A DNA stretch of 64,000 nucleotides from Microcoleus sp. (GTDB taxonomy: Bacteria > Cyanobacteriota > Cyanobacteriia > Cyanobacteriales > Microcoleaceae). Location of the stretch: positions 5,856,001-5,920,000 of the forward strand of contig CP181291.1 of assembly GCA_052279835.1 (NCBI GenBank), read 5' to 3'. Of the stretch, positions 27,927-38,200 are shown piece after piece; the stretch's first letter is position 1, and each line of letters starts with the position of its first letter. The notes under the pieces were generated by a model, which saw only the letters and a program-made list of their open reading frames with translations, was not told where the DNA came from and ran no database searches. A program made the position numbers and the translations under genes.

Positions 27927-29510
27927 AGACGGGAATCCCCACACTATACCGCCTCGGTTAGTGTGGGATGAAAGGCGTATGAGGTGAGGATTCCATCTGT
28001 TGACAATCTCAAAGCATAGCTTTGAGGAGTGGGCGGATGGATGACGAGACCAACAAATCCTGGTAAAATAATACTAACAAAAAACGGCAATTCAATGAAG
28101 GCGACATATCAGTACAAGTTCTATCCCGACACTAATCAAAAGCTAGCTCTCAACCAATGGCTCAGAATTTGCCGTTATTGGTACAATCGCCAATTGGGAG
28201 CTCGTTTTGATTGGTGGGAAATGAACCGTACTGCTATCAATGCTTGTCCCTTAAAAACCAGTATTGCGGCTCCCAAAGAAAAGCCTAACTACTACTGCCA
28301 AAAACAACAGTTACCCATTCTCAAAAAAGATTTGGTTAAAGTCTTTCATAGTGGTGAGTTATTAGACTTTAAGCAAGTCGATTCAACGATTCTGCAAGAC
28401 GTTTCCAAACGAGTCGATCGAGCTTTTGAGAGGTTTATTTTAGGTGACAGCAAAGGTGGGCGATCGGGTAGACCCCGATTCAAAACTGAAGCCGACTACC
28501 GAACAATGACTTTGGCAACGGCTAGCGACGATTGGATTAAATTAATTCGCAAGAATTGGATTTACATTCGATTGCCAAAACTAGGGTTTACAAAGGTGCG
28601 GATGCACCGTACCATCCCCGATGGTTTAACCATTAAACAAGTGAGTGTCACTAGGAAAGCCGACGGTTGGTTCCTCCAATTAATACTTGAAGACACTTCT
28701 GTGCCTGAATTGACACCGGATAAAATTGCTCCCATTTGGCAGAATTCAATCGGTTTAGATGCAGTGTTACACGAAGATGTTTATCTAGCGACATCTGAGG
28801 GTGAGAAATTACCTTCCCTCAAGCCACTCCGAAAGAATCAAGCTAAATTAGACCGCATTTCCCTGAAGCGGAATCAAGGAAAAAGAAGGTCTAAAGCCCG
28901 ACGAAAGTTGGCAAAAAAAGAGGCGAGACAGCATCAAAAGATTGCGCGTTGTCGCCAAGACTTTCATTATAAAACAGCTCACCAATTAGTCAGAACGGGA
29001 GCTAAGTTCTTCTTCCATGAAGACTTAAACCTCCAAGGTTTAACTAAAATAAACAAGGTTAAACAAGATGAGGATGGGAAATATTTACCCAATGGGCAAT
29101 CCGCTAAATCTGGATTGAATAAATCCTGGCTGGATGCAGCTTTTGGGCAATTTTTTACGACGCTGAGCTACATAGGAGAAAAAACTGGGGCAGTCGTCGT
29201 TTCACAAAAACCTGCTTACACCTCAATGCTTCTGTGTTATCGGAATGAAATGGTTTTCACCGACTGCAATATTCGAGAGTATTGGGATGAGCAAAATTCT
29301 TTGATGGTAGATCGCGATCTTAATGCTGCGATTCACCTAAAAAGACTGGGGTTGGACATTTTCCCCAGTATAAAACGCCCTAGTGGGAATCTTTCTATAG
29401 TTGGTTCTATGGATAACAGTACCATCAAGGAAATCTTACATACCCTTCATCGGGCTGTTAAGAAGCCCACATCATAATCTGTACTCAGATTTGATGTGGG
29501 AGTATGTCAC
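27927..29510 (+). mobile_element. IS200/IS605-family element carrying only tnpB (IS1341-like)
   Basis: Left hairpin CCCACACTA...TAGTGTGGG (27938-27967); right hairpin CCCACATCA...TGATGTGGG ending in GTCAC at 29510; no tnpA. Confidence 0.8.
28095..29477 (+). CDS. tnpB: RNA-guided endonuclease TnpB
   Basis: MKATYQYKFYP N-terminus; RuvC-I IGLDA, RuvC-II FHEDLNL, AKSGLNKSWLDAAFGQF, RuvC-III DRDLNAA. Confidence 0.9.
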   Translation: MKATYQYKFYPDTNQKLALNQWLRICRYWYNRQLGARFDWWEMNRTAINACPLKTSIAAPKEKPNYYCQKQQLPILKKDLVKVFHSGELLDFKQVDSTILQDVSKRVDRAFERFILGDSKGGRSGRPRFKTEADYRTMTLATASDDWIKLIRKNWIYIRLPKLGFTKVRMHRTIPDGLTIKQVSVTRKADGWFLQLILEDTSVPELTPDKIAPIWQNSIGLDAVLHEDVYLATSEGEKLPSLKPLRKNQAKLDRISLKRNQGKRRSKARRKLAKKEARQHQKIARCRQDFHYKTAHQLVRTGAKFFFHEDLNLQGLTKINKVKQDEDGKYLPNGQSAKSGLNKSWLDAAFGQFFTTLSYIGEKTGAVVVSQKPAYTSMLLCYRNEMVFTDCNIREYWDEQNSLMVDRDLNAAIHLKRLGLDIFPSIKRPSGNLSIVGSMDNSTIKEILHTLHRAVKKPTS

Positions 29511-29607
29511 TCCTGGACCCATATATACCAAATCAACCTGGTTTTTGACGAGCATTAAAGGCTCAAAGGCAGTATTTCCCTAAAAAACCAGGTTTTTGAG
29601 TCCAGGA
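29511..29607. repeat. MITE directly abutting the tnpB right end
   Basis: TIR TCCTGGAC...GTCCAGGA; internal AACCTGGTTTTT / AAAAACCAGGTT. Confidence 0.7.
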
Positions 29608-29726
29608 TGATTGTTCAGGTCATGGGTAGGGCGATCGACCAACCAATCAAAGCTTAAAATTATACAATAAATTAGTCAACCATAAACATTAAGATCTATA
29701 AAGTAAAGTATGTGGAGGGAAGAGAG

Positions 29727-30914
29727 ATGAAAATTTTGGTATTGGCGTGGGAGTTTCCTCCCAGAATCGTAGGTGGCATCGCCCGCCACGTATCCGAATT
29801 GTATCCAGAATTGGTGGAGCTGGGCCACTCCATTCACTTGATTACTGTAGAGTTCGGCAACGCGCCGATGTATGAAGTGGTGGAAGGAATACAGGTACAT
29901 CGGGTGGTGGTGGGACACGCCCGCGACTTTTTCCACTGGGTAGCCAACCTCAACCAAAGCATGGGCCATCAAGGTGGCAAACTGATGCTAGAAGAAGGGC
30001 CTTTCGATCTGATTCACGCTCACGATTGGCTAGTGGGAGATGCCGCGATCGCCCTCAAGCATAGTTTTAAAGTACCCCTAATTGCCACCATCCACGCCAC
30101 CGAATACGGACGCTTCAACGGTCTCCACAATGACGGACAGCGCTACATTAACACCAAAGAAAATAGCCTCGCTTACAATGCTTGGCGGGTAATTGTGTGC
30201 AGCGATTATATGCGCCGAGAAGCCGAACGGGTACTATCTACACCTTGGAACAAAATAGAAGTAATTTATAACGGAATTAGATCGGAAAAAAAACCACGCT
30301 TGGACGAATTCGATGCCAGAGATTTTCGGCGAAAATTTGCAGCAGATGATGAAAAAATAGTCTATTATGTGGGCAGAATTAGCTACGAAAAGGGCATAGC
30401 TGTATTTTTAAATGCTGCACCGAAAGTGATTTGGGAAATGGGGGGAAAAACCAAGATTATCATTGTGGGTGGTGGCAATACTGACCATCTCAAAGATCAG
30501 GCTTGGAACTTAGGGATTTGGAATAAATGCTATTTTACTGGGTTCATGTTTGAAGAAGACCTCGATAAATTTCAAACCGTGGCGGACTGTGCTGTTTTTC
30601 CTAGTCTTTACGAACCTTTTGGGATTGTAGCTTTAGAAAGTTTTGCTGCTAGAGTGCCTGTGGTAGTTTCTGATGCTGGTGGACTTCCCGAAGTAGTACA
30701 ACACACGAAAACGGGCGTTGTTACTCAAGCAAATAATTCTGATTCTTTAGCCTGGGGGATTTTGGAAGTATTGAAAAATCCGGGCTATGGACAGTGGTTA
30801 GTTGATAATGCTTACTCAGACTTGGAACGCCGATTTAGCTGGCCGAAGTTGGCGATTGAAACAGAGTGGGTTTATCAACGGGTTATGGAAGAAAGAGCCG
30901 AGGTTGATTGGTAA
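29727..30914 (+). CDS. Glycosyltransferase family 4
   Basis: MKILVLAWEFPPRIVGG, IHAHDWL, VGRISYEKG, PSLYEPFGIVALE. Confidence 0.93.
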   Translation: MKILVLAWEFPPRIVGGIARHVSELYPELVELGHSIHLITVEFGNAPMYEVVEGIQVHRVVVGHARDFFHWVANLNQSMGHQGGKLMLEEGPFDLIHAHDWLVGDAAIALKHSFKVPLIATIHATEYGRFNGLHNDGQRYINTKENSLAYNAWRVIVCSDYMRREAERVLSTPWNKIEVIYNGIRSEKKPRLDEFDARDFRRKFAADDEKIVYYVGRISYEKGIAVFLNAAPKVIWEMGGKTKIIIVGGGNTDHLKDQAWNLGIWNKCYFTGFMFEEDLDKFQTVADCAVFPSLYEPFGIVALESFAARVPVVVSDAGGLPEVVQHTKTGVVTQANNSDSLAWGILEVLKNPGYGQWLVDNAYSDLERRFSWPKLAIETEWVYQRVMEERAEVDW

Positions 30915-31095
30915 GAATATTGACTGTTGAGTGTGAGTCAAATATTAACTTTTTTAGTGGCAGATGTTAAAAATTTGTAACACAATGTATTGTAAAACTT
31001 CATTGAGTTTATAAGCAATTATAAACAATAATGGTATTATATTGTTGTGAGTGTTGAATCAGGAATACGCATAACCCAAAAAACGCAAGTCTCAA

Positions 31096-32409
31096 ATGCA
31101 ACTAACAGAGAGGCACATCATTAAATCAACGTCACACCGTTTCGCCCAAATTGACGAACTAGCCTTTAAATCCAAAAACCTCTACAATGCCGCCAATTAC
31201 GTCATTCGTCAGAGTTTTATTTATGGGTGGGGCTATGTCAACTACAACGAAATGAACCGATTGATGAAGTCTCACGAAGCATATAAGGCAATGCCAGCTA
31301 AAGTAAGTCAGCAAATCTTGATGGTGCTAGACAAGAATTGGAAATCGTTTTTTGAAGCCGTTAAAGCTTACAAAGCTGACTCTTCAAAATTCACGGGTCG
31401 CCCGAAATTGCCGAAGTACAAAGATAAGACTAAAGGGCGAAATCTTCTCGTCTACACGATTCAAGCAATTAGCAGCAAACAGTTGAAGAAAGGAATCATT
31501 AAGCTTTCCGGCACTGAACTTTCAATTAAAACCCAAGTCAATCCCAACCAGATTTGTCAAGTTAGAGTGGTTCCGAAATGTGATTCCTATGTAATTGAGG
31601 TGATTTATGATGCTTGTACTGCCCTTCGACTACGCTCAGGAACCGCGATTCGAAGTGAACCGGAGTCCACCCTTGGCAATGCCAACTCTGTAGCTAGTAT
31701 TGATTTGGGACTGGATAATTTAGTGGCGTTAACTTCAAATCAGCCGGGATTTATCCCTTTGTTGATTAACGGGCGACCATTAAAATCGATTAACCAGTTC
31801 TATAACAAACGCAAATCCCGATTACAATCCCAGTTAAAAGGGAATCGTCAAACCTCACCCAGGATTCAGCGATTAACTCGCTGTCGCAATCAGAAAGTTG
31901 ATAATTACTTGCATCATGCTAGTTGTGTGATTGTTGCGATTTTAAATACCAAACAAATTGGGACGCTAGTAATTGGTAAGAATGCACAGTGGAAAACTGA
32001 AATTGCTCTCGGTTCGCAAACCAACCAAAACTTTGTTAGTATTCCTCACTCTCGATTAATTGAGATGTTGGAATACAAAGCTCGGTTGGTGGGAATCACA
32101 GTAATTGTGCAGGAAGAATCCTTTACATCGCGGGCAAGTTTTTTGGGTTTAGACTCAATCCCTGTCTACGGGAAAACAGAAAAAGAGCCAATGTTTACAG
32201 GGAAGCGTATTCAGCGAGGTTTGTACAAAACATCGACTGGTCAGTTAATCAATTCTGATATCAACGCTTCGTACAACATCCTCAGAAAAGCAATCCCAAA
32301 TGCCTTCAGCGATGGGATAGAGAGCTGTGTAGTTCAGCCGAGGCGGGTTAATCCGCTCAAAGTAAAAGTGAAGAGGGAGGGACTTGAAGCCTCCCATGCC
32401 TATAAATGA
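31096..32409 (+). CDS. tnpB: TnpB, IS607-associated type with rearranged RuvC-II; no transposase alongside
   Basis: MQLTERHIIK..SKNLYNAANY; RuvC-I SIDLGLDNL; LVIGKN at the canonical Glu position; QEESFTS; RuvC-III INSDINASYNI. Putative ends near 30961 and 32432. Confidence 0.85.
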   Translation: MQLTERHIIKSTSHRFAQIDELAFKSKNLYNAANYVIRQSFIYGWGYVNYNEMNRLMKSHEAYKAMPAKVSQQILMVLDKNWKSFFEAVKAYKADSSKFTGRPKLPKYKDKTKGRNLLVYTIQAISSKQLKKGIIKLSGTELSIKTQVNPNQICQVRVVPKCDSYVIEVIYDACTALRLRSGTAIRSEPESTLGNANSVASIDLGLDNLVALTSNQPGFIPLLINGRPLKSINQFYNKRKSRLQSQLKGNRQTSPRIQRLTRCRNQKVDNYLHHASCVIVAILNTKQIGTLVIGKNAQWKTEIALGSQTNQNFVSIPHSRLIEMLEYKARLVGITVIVQEESFTSRASFLGLDSIPVYGKTEKEPMFTGKRIQRGLYKTSTGQLINSDINASYNILRKAIPNAFSDGIESCVVQPRRVNPLKVKVKREGLEASHAYK

Positions 32410-32488
32410 CTATACTTTTACCAGCTATAGATACACTCGACCTTAGCTTGAGTGGACTTGGAAGATTGACTTCACTGGAATTAGCATC

Positions 32489-33733
32489 TTGAATATTTTT
32501 AGGGATATCGAACCTCAACCCAGACGCAATTTGCTGACTTTATTCACCACAGGTTTGCTCTTTTGGTCGAGTTTAGCCTCACTTTTGCCAACTTTGCCCC
32601 TGTACGTCCAATCTGTAGGCGGTACAAAACAGCAAATTGGGTTTGTCATGGGTGCATTTGCGATCGGGCTTTTGCTGTCGAGGCCGCAGTTGGGCAAAAT
32701 GGCTGATGCTACGGGGCGAAAACAAGTTTTGCTTTTAGGTACCTTGGTAGCTACTATTGCTCCTCTGTGCTACCTGTTCGCAAAATCTATTCCTTTACTG
32801 TTATTAATCCGCGCTTTTCATGGCATTAGCATCGCCGCCTTTACCACAGCTTACAGTGCTTTGGTAACAGATTTGTCGCCACCAGGAAAGCGGGGTGAAT
32901 TAATTGGTTACATGAGTTTGGCCACTCCGATTGGGATGGCATTTGGCCCGGCGATGGGCGGATTTTTGCAAGCATGGGTTGGGTATACTCCTTTGTTTGT
33001 AATGTCTGCATCTTTCGCTACAATGGCGGTAATTTGTACTTTTCAAATTGCGGAACCTAGTTGGGGAGATTTAGCAAAGCCGAATTTATTATCTGAGGAT
33101 AAAGACCAAAAAAAATATTGGCAAATGCTGTGGAATCCCCGCGTTCGGATTCCCGCTTTAGTCTTATTGTTGGTAGGTTTAGTTTTCGGAACTTTAAGCA
33201 CTTTTATGCCTTTGTTTGTGCAAGAAACTAAGGCTAATTTTAATCCTGGATTGTTTTACTCTACGGCGGCAATTGCTAGTTTTGGTATGCGATTAGTCAC
33301 GGGAAGGGCTTCCGATAAATACGGACGGGGCTTGTTTATTTCTGGTGGCTTAATCTGTTACTGCTTTTCTATGTTTTTATTGTATTTAGCTAACAACAGC
33401 AGTGCTTTTTTAATCGCAGCTTTGGTTGAAGGTTGTGCCGGTGGTACGGTTTTACCGATGATGGTAACGTTGATGTCTGACAGGTGCGAACCTCAAGAAA
33501 GGGGCCGATTGTTTTCGCTTTGTATTGGCGGGTTTGATTTGGGAATCGCGATCGCAGGACCGACTTTAGGTTTTGTGGCCGAACAAGTTGGCTATAGAAA
33601 TATGTTTGCTTTCGCGGCTGGACTTGCCTGTTTGGCTTTGGTGATTTTTGTTACTCAGTGTAGCAAAGATTTGTCTCATTCCGTCAGGTTTGCTATGGGT
33701 AGAGGCAAAGATGTTTATGCTTTGAATGGTTGA
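32489..33733 (+). CDS. MFS transporter
   Basis: About 12 TM helices; motif A GKMADATGRK and GRASDKYGRG; TTG start. Confidence 0.9.
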   Translation: MNIFRDIEPQPRRNLLTLFTTGLLFWSSLASLLPTLPLYVQSVGGTKQQIGFVMGAFAIGLLLSRPQLGKMADATGRKQVLLLGTLVATIAPLCYLFAKSIPLLLLIRAFHGISIAAFTTAYSALVTDLSPPGKRGELIGYMSLATPIGMAFGPAMGGFLQAWVGYTPLFVMSASFATMAVICTFQIAEPSWGDLAKPNLLSEDKDQKKYWQMLWNPRVRIPALVLLLVGLVFGTLSTFMPLFVQETKANFNPGLFYSTAAIASFGMRLVTGRASDKYGRGLFISGGLICYCFSMFLLYLANNSSAFLIAALVEGCAGGTVLPMMVTLMSDRCEPQERGRLFSLCIGGFDLGIAIAGPTLGFVAEQVGYRNMFAFAAGLACLALVIFVTQCSKDLSHSVRFAMGRGKDVYALNG

Positions 33734-33746
33734 ATGAAGAAATTAA

Positions 33747-33797
33747 AAAAGTTATGAGTTTTGAATCCTGATTTGGAATCCAAAACTCATAACTTTT
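33747..33797. terminator. Bidirectional hairpin between the MFS gene and tRNA-Arg
   Basis: AAAAGTTATGAGTTTTG...CAAAACTCATAACTTTT inverted repeat between convergent genes. Confidence 0.65.
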
Positions 33798-33802
33798 GAT
33801 GA

Positions 33803-33876
33803 TGGGCTTGGAGGGATTCGAACCCCCGACCTCATGGTTCGTAGCCATGCACTCTATCCAACTAAGCTACAAGCCC
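33803..33876 (-). tRNA. trnR: tRNA-Arg(ACG)
   Basis: Reverse complement GGGCTTGTAGCTTAGTTGGATAGAGTGCATGGCTACGAACCATGAGGTCGGGGGTTCGAATCCCTCCAAGCCCA; anticodon ACG. Confidence 0.97.
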
Positions 33877-33954
33877 CTGTTGAGTCCAGATTTAATCTAA
33901 GATTGATTAAGTTCTTTTCCCACAGAATCTAACAGTAACACCATTTTCAAAATA

Positions 33955-34476
33955 ATGCAAGACCTTTCGCCAAATTTTTCTAAATTGCCCGATCGCCCAC
34001 AGCTAACTCACCTCAATAATAGCGGTGAAGCCCAAATGGTGGACGTTTCAGCTAAGGTGGCTACAGCGCGTCAAGCTGTGGCGGCTGCGATGGTGCGGAT
34101 GTTACCGGAGACTTTCGCGGCGATTGAAGCTGGGAATGCACCCAAAGGTGATGTGTTGGGTACTGCGCGCTTGGCGGGAATTATGGCGGCGAAGCAGACG
34201 GCGAATTTGATTCCTCTGTGTCATCCTCTACCGCTAAGTAGTGTGGAGGTGCTGGTGATACCGGATGCTGAGTTGCCGGGGTATGAAATTCGGGCTACGG
34301 TGAAAATTAAGGCGGAAACTGGGGTGGAAATGGAGGCGCTGACGGCGGTTTCGGTGGCGGCGCTGACTTTGTATGATATGGCGAAAGGGTTAGAAAAGTC
34401 GATCGCCATTGAATCAATTCGACTTGTGAGTAAAACTGGTGGCAAATCTGGCGATTATCAGAATTTAGAGGCATAA
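33955..34476 (+). CDS. moaC: Cyclic pyranopterin monophosphate synthase MoaC
   Basis: [47 protein letters not shown]. Confidence 0.96.
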   Translation: MQDLSPNFSKLPDRPQLTHLNNSGEAQMVDVSAKVATARQAVAAAMVRMLPETFAAIEAGNAPKGDVLGTARLAGIMAAKQTANLIPLCHPLPLSSVEVLVIPDAELPGYEIRATVKIKAETGVEMEALTAVSVAALTLYDMAKGLEKSIAIESIRLVSKTGGKSGDYQNLEA

Positions 34477-34564
34477 TTTTTCTGTCGGGAGAGGGATGCA
34501 GCATTCAAAATGCTGCATTTATGCTTAGAATAGGCACTGAACTACTAACATACAGTGAAAAACT

Positions 34565-34822
34565 ATGCCTCCTCGTTGGCCCCGTAAACCCGATCGCAAT
34601 GACCCAGAATACCGCCAATTAGATGATCGGATGAATTTTGCGATTCATGTAGGTCTTTTTTCGGCTTTAAATTCCGGTTTGTGGTTTGTTCACAATTTAC
34701 AGAAGGCCGATTGGCCTTGGGCGGTTTCGGTAACGGGTGGGTGGGCTCTAGTAGTTTTGGCCCACGCGATTTTCATTTTTGCGATCGCCGATTATTCCCC
34801 CCTAACCAAAGATTCTGGTTGA
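34565..34822 (+). CDS. 2TM-domain small membrane protein
   Basis: MPPRWPRKPDR.DPEYRQLDDRMNFAIHV followed by two TM helices. Confidence 0.8.
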   Translation: MPPRWPRKPDRNDPEYRQLDDRMNFAIHVGLFSALNSGLWFVHNLQKADWPWAVSVTGGWALVVLAHAIFIFAIADYSPLTKDSG

Positions 34823-34886
34823 AGGGAGTTGTCGGCGATTTGTTAACTGTTGTGAATGATAACAAATTAAGTTTTTGGTTTTTAAT

Positions 34887-35192
34887 ATGGCTAATACTAC
34901 GACAAGAGCGATCGATTCTTTAGCAGCCGAAATCGGCGAAAATGTCTATATTGACATTGCTAAGTGGCATTTATATCTGAAAGATGCCCACCTCGATAAG
35001 GTGGTTGCTGAACAACTTTATTCCTTGCTGGAAGATGGCAATTTAGATGCCAACAGAGTTGCACAAGTTTTGCAAAGTATTCCCGTTAAGTTAGGTGCTG
35101 GTAAGCGGGAAGTGCCGTTAGCTGATTTGATTCCGATGCAGTGTCAAGTTCAGTTAATGGATGTTTTGGAGGAATTTCAGCGGAAGATGTGA
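34887..35192 (+). CDS. DUF3181 family protein
   Basis: LAAEIGENVYIDIAKWHLYL.DAHL and IPVKLGAGK motifs. Confidence 0.8.
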   Translation: MANTTTRAIDSLAAEIGENVYIDIAKWHLYLKDAHLDKVVAEQLYSLLEDGNLDANRVAQVLQSIPVKLGAGKREVPLADLIPMQCQVQLMDVLEEFQRKM

Positions 35193-35214
35193 TATCAATT
35201 GTTGATTTGGGTTT

Positions 35215-35256
35215 AAGTGCGATCGCCCTTAATTTTACTTAAGGGCGATCGCACTT
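35215..35256. terminator. Bidirectional terminator-like hairpin built on two HIP1 sites
   Basis: AAGTGCGATCGCCCTTAA-TTTTAC-TTAAGGGCGATCGCACTT between convergent genes. Confidence 0.65.
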
Positions 35257-35272
35257 TCTTTATCTCAATTCC

Positions 35273-38200
35273 CTAAATCAGCCGGAAATTAGCAGCGGTA
35301 ATCGTATTAGCACTGACTCCAAACATCACAGCTAAATCCTGCCCTGTTAAGACATTTTTGATCAGAGTTCCCTGATTATTTTGAGTTATTGCTAACTGAT
35401 TAAAACTCAAACCTCCGGTCAATCCAATAAAATCTTGACCGACAGTAAAATCACCGATAATGTCAAATCCTTCACCGGATTTTAAGACAAAGATATCGTT
35501 ACCGCTACCGCCAATCAAACTATCATTACCCAATTCTCCGTAAAGAATATCGTCACCCTTTCCGCCAGTCAGAGTATCGTTGTCGTCACCTCCGTACAGG
35601 GTGTCATTTCCTTCGCACCCTCCCAGAATATCTGCTTGTTCATTCCCTCTGATAAAATCATCACCAGCGCCGCCACATATAGTATCCGAACCCTCATTTC
35701 CAAGCAGGGAGTCATTACCTTCACTACCAAGGATGATGTCAGCACCTTTACCTCCAAATAAGGTGTCATTACCTTTGCCACCATCGATAAAGTCATCATT
35801 TCGATTCCCATAAACAATGTCATCACCTTCGCGGCTATTTAGGGAGTCATTGCCTTTGCCTCCAAAGATTAAATCCTTGCCCAATTCGCCCAAAATGATG
35901 TCGTTTCCTTCATCTCCAAATAGGGTGTCATCGCCTTTGCCACCGCTGATAAAATCATTGCCTTCATTGCCGTTGAATATGTCGCGACTATCGCCACCAT
36001 ATAAGTTGTCATCCCCGGATTTGGCATCGAATATATTGCCCCTGTTGCTACCGAGTAATTGATCGTTTTTAGCAGTACCTATTTGAATGTTGGATACACC
36101 GAGTATGGTGTTTTCAACTGAATTCGGTTGGTTTAAATTGGGATAGGAAATGTCATCGCAGATACAGTCATCGTTGGGAATGTTGTTGGTTGTTGGAGTC
36201 GGTGTTCCCGATGGAGTCGGTGTCGGTGTATCTGTTCCCGATGGAGTTGGGGTTCCCGATGGAGTCGGTGTCGGTGTCGGTGTATCTGTTGCCGATGGAG
36301 TTGGTGTCGGTGTATCTGTTCCCGTTGGAGTCGGTGTTCCCGATGGAGTTGGGGTTCCCGATGGAGTCGGTGTTCCCGATGGAGTTGGTGTCGGTGTATC
36401 TGTTCCCGTTGGAGTCGGTGTTCCCGATGGAGTCGGTGTTCCCGATGGAGTCGGTGTCGGTGTATCTGTTTCCCGATGGCGTGGGTGTTCCCGATGGAGT
36501 TGGGGTTCCCGATGGCGTGGGTGTTCCCGATGGAGTTGGGGTTCCCGATGGCGTGGGTGTTCCCGATGGAGTCGGTGTTCCCGATGGAGTTGGGGTTCCC
36601 GATGGAGTCGGTGTTGCCGATGGAGTCGGTGTTCCCGATGGAGTCGGTGTTGCCGATGGAGTCGGTGTTCCCGATGGAGTCGGTGTTCCCGATGGAGTCG
36701 GTGTTCCCGATGGAGTCGGTGTTCCCGATGGAGTTGGGGTTCCCGATGGAGTTGGGGTTCCCGATGGCGTGGGTGTTCCCGATGGAGTTGGGGTTCCCGA
36801 TGGAGTCGGTGTTGCCGATGGAGTCGGTGTTCCCGATGGCGTGGGTGTTCCCGATGGCGTGGGTGTTCCCGATGGAGTTGGGGTTCCCGATGGCGTGGGT
36901 GTTCCCGATGGAGTTGGGGTTCCCGATGGCGTGGGTGTTCCCGATGGAGTTGGGGTTCCCGATGGAGTCGGTGTTGCCGATGGAGTCGGTGTTCCCGATG
37001 GCGTGGGTGTTCCCGATGGCGTGGGTGTTCCCGATGGCGTGGGTGTTCCCGATGGCGTGGGTGTTCCCGATGGAGTCGGTGTTCCCGATGGAGTTGGGGT
37101 TGTTACCGGAGTTGGTGTTCCCGATGGAGTTGGGGTTGTTACCGGAGTTGGTGTTCCCGATGGAGTTGGGGTTGTTACCGGAGTTGGTGTTCCCGATGGA
37201 GTTGGGGTGGTGACAGGTGCGGCAATATTCACACTAAAATTACCTAAACTGCTAGCAGCAGACAAATTGCCAACAGTATCCCTCACCTGCGATGCTTGCA
37301 AATTAACTGTGTAAGTACCGTTGTCAGCATTATTCCAAGTTCCACCAGGTGGAATAAACGAATATGTGGCTGTGCGGGGCGTACCGTTGCTATTAGGAGT
37401 GGCACTAACAAAGCTAGCAGGAATAGCACCACCTGACCAATTTACAACAACATCAGAATTATCTAAGCTGCTAACATCAACTCCACTACTATCGCTGAAA
37501 GTAACTGTCAATGTCTGAGTTGTACCACCTGCTGTAGTAATGTTAGAAATTGCTGCCAAGTTAGGAGTAGGTGGGATGACATCAATAATCGGTATCGTGA
37601 TATTAGCAGTACGAGTTAGTTGAGTGGCTGCGGTGTTATTGTTACCCGCAGCATCTGTGGCTTTAGCTATGGGAATATCAACTGTGACATTACCGCTAAC
37701 AGTAGGTGTGACATCAAATGTGTAAGTTGTGGCATTAACTTGAACGAAGTTTCCGACAGCAGCATTGGCTACGGTAATATCAGTAGTATCAAAGTCGGTG
37801 ACATTTTCACTGAAGGTAGCGGTGACGCTAAATAAGCCAGTTACTGTTGTTGGTGAGGTGGATGTGAGGGCTACTGTAGGTGCGGAGATATCGGCGGTGC
37901 GAACAAGTTGGGCGGCTGCGGTATTGTTGTTACCTGCTGTATCAATCGCTGTAGCTGCGGGAATATCTACGGTGACATTGCCAGTGGCAGTTGGTGTAAC
38001 TGTGAAAGTATAAGTTGTACCAGTACCTGTAAATCCGCTAACAGTGCCGTTAGCAACAGTTACGTCAGAGTCAGTAAATCCTGTGACGTCTTCGCTGAAG
38101 GTTGCTGTGACTAAAAATGGTGCGTTTGTGTTGGTTGGTGATGTTGATGTGAGGGCTACTGTGGGTGCAACAGTATCGGCTGTGCGAACAAGTTGAGTGG

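Noticed and set aside
27927..32432. Composite transposon carrying the glycosyltransferase between two tnpB genes
   Set aside because: The two elements belong to different TnpB types with unrelated ends, and the GT4 gene looks like an ordinary chromosomal gene.
36190..37210. Regular repeat array as a possible CRISPR
   Set aside because: Contiguous 18-bp coding repeats with no unique spacers, and no cas genes in the window.
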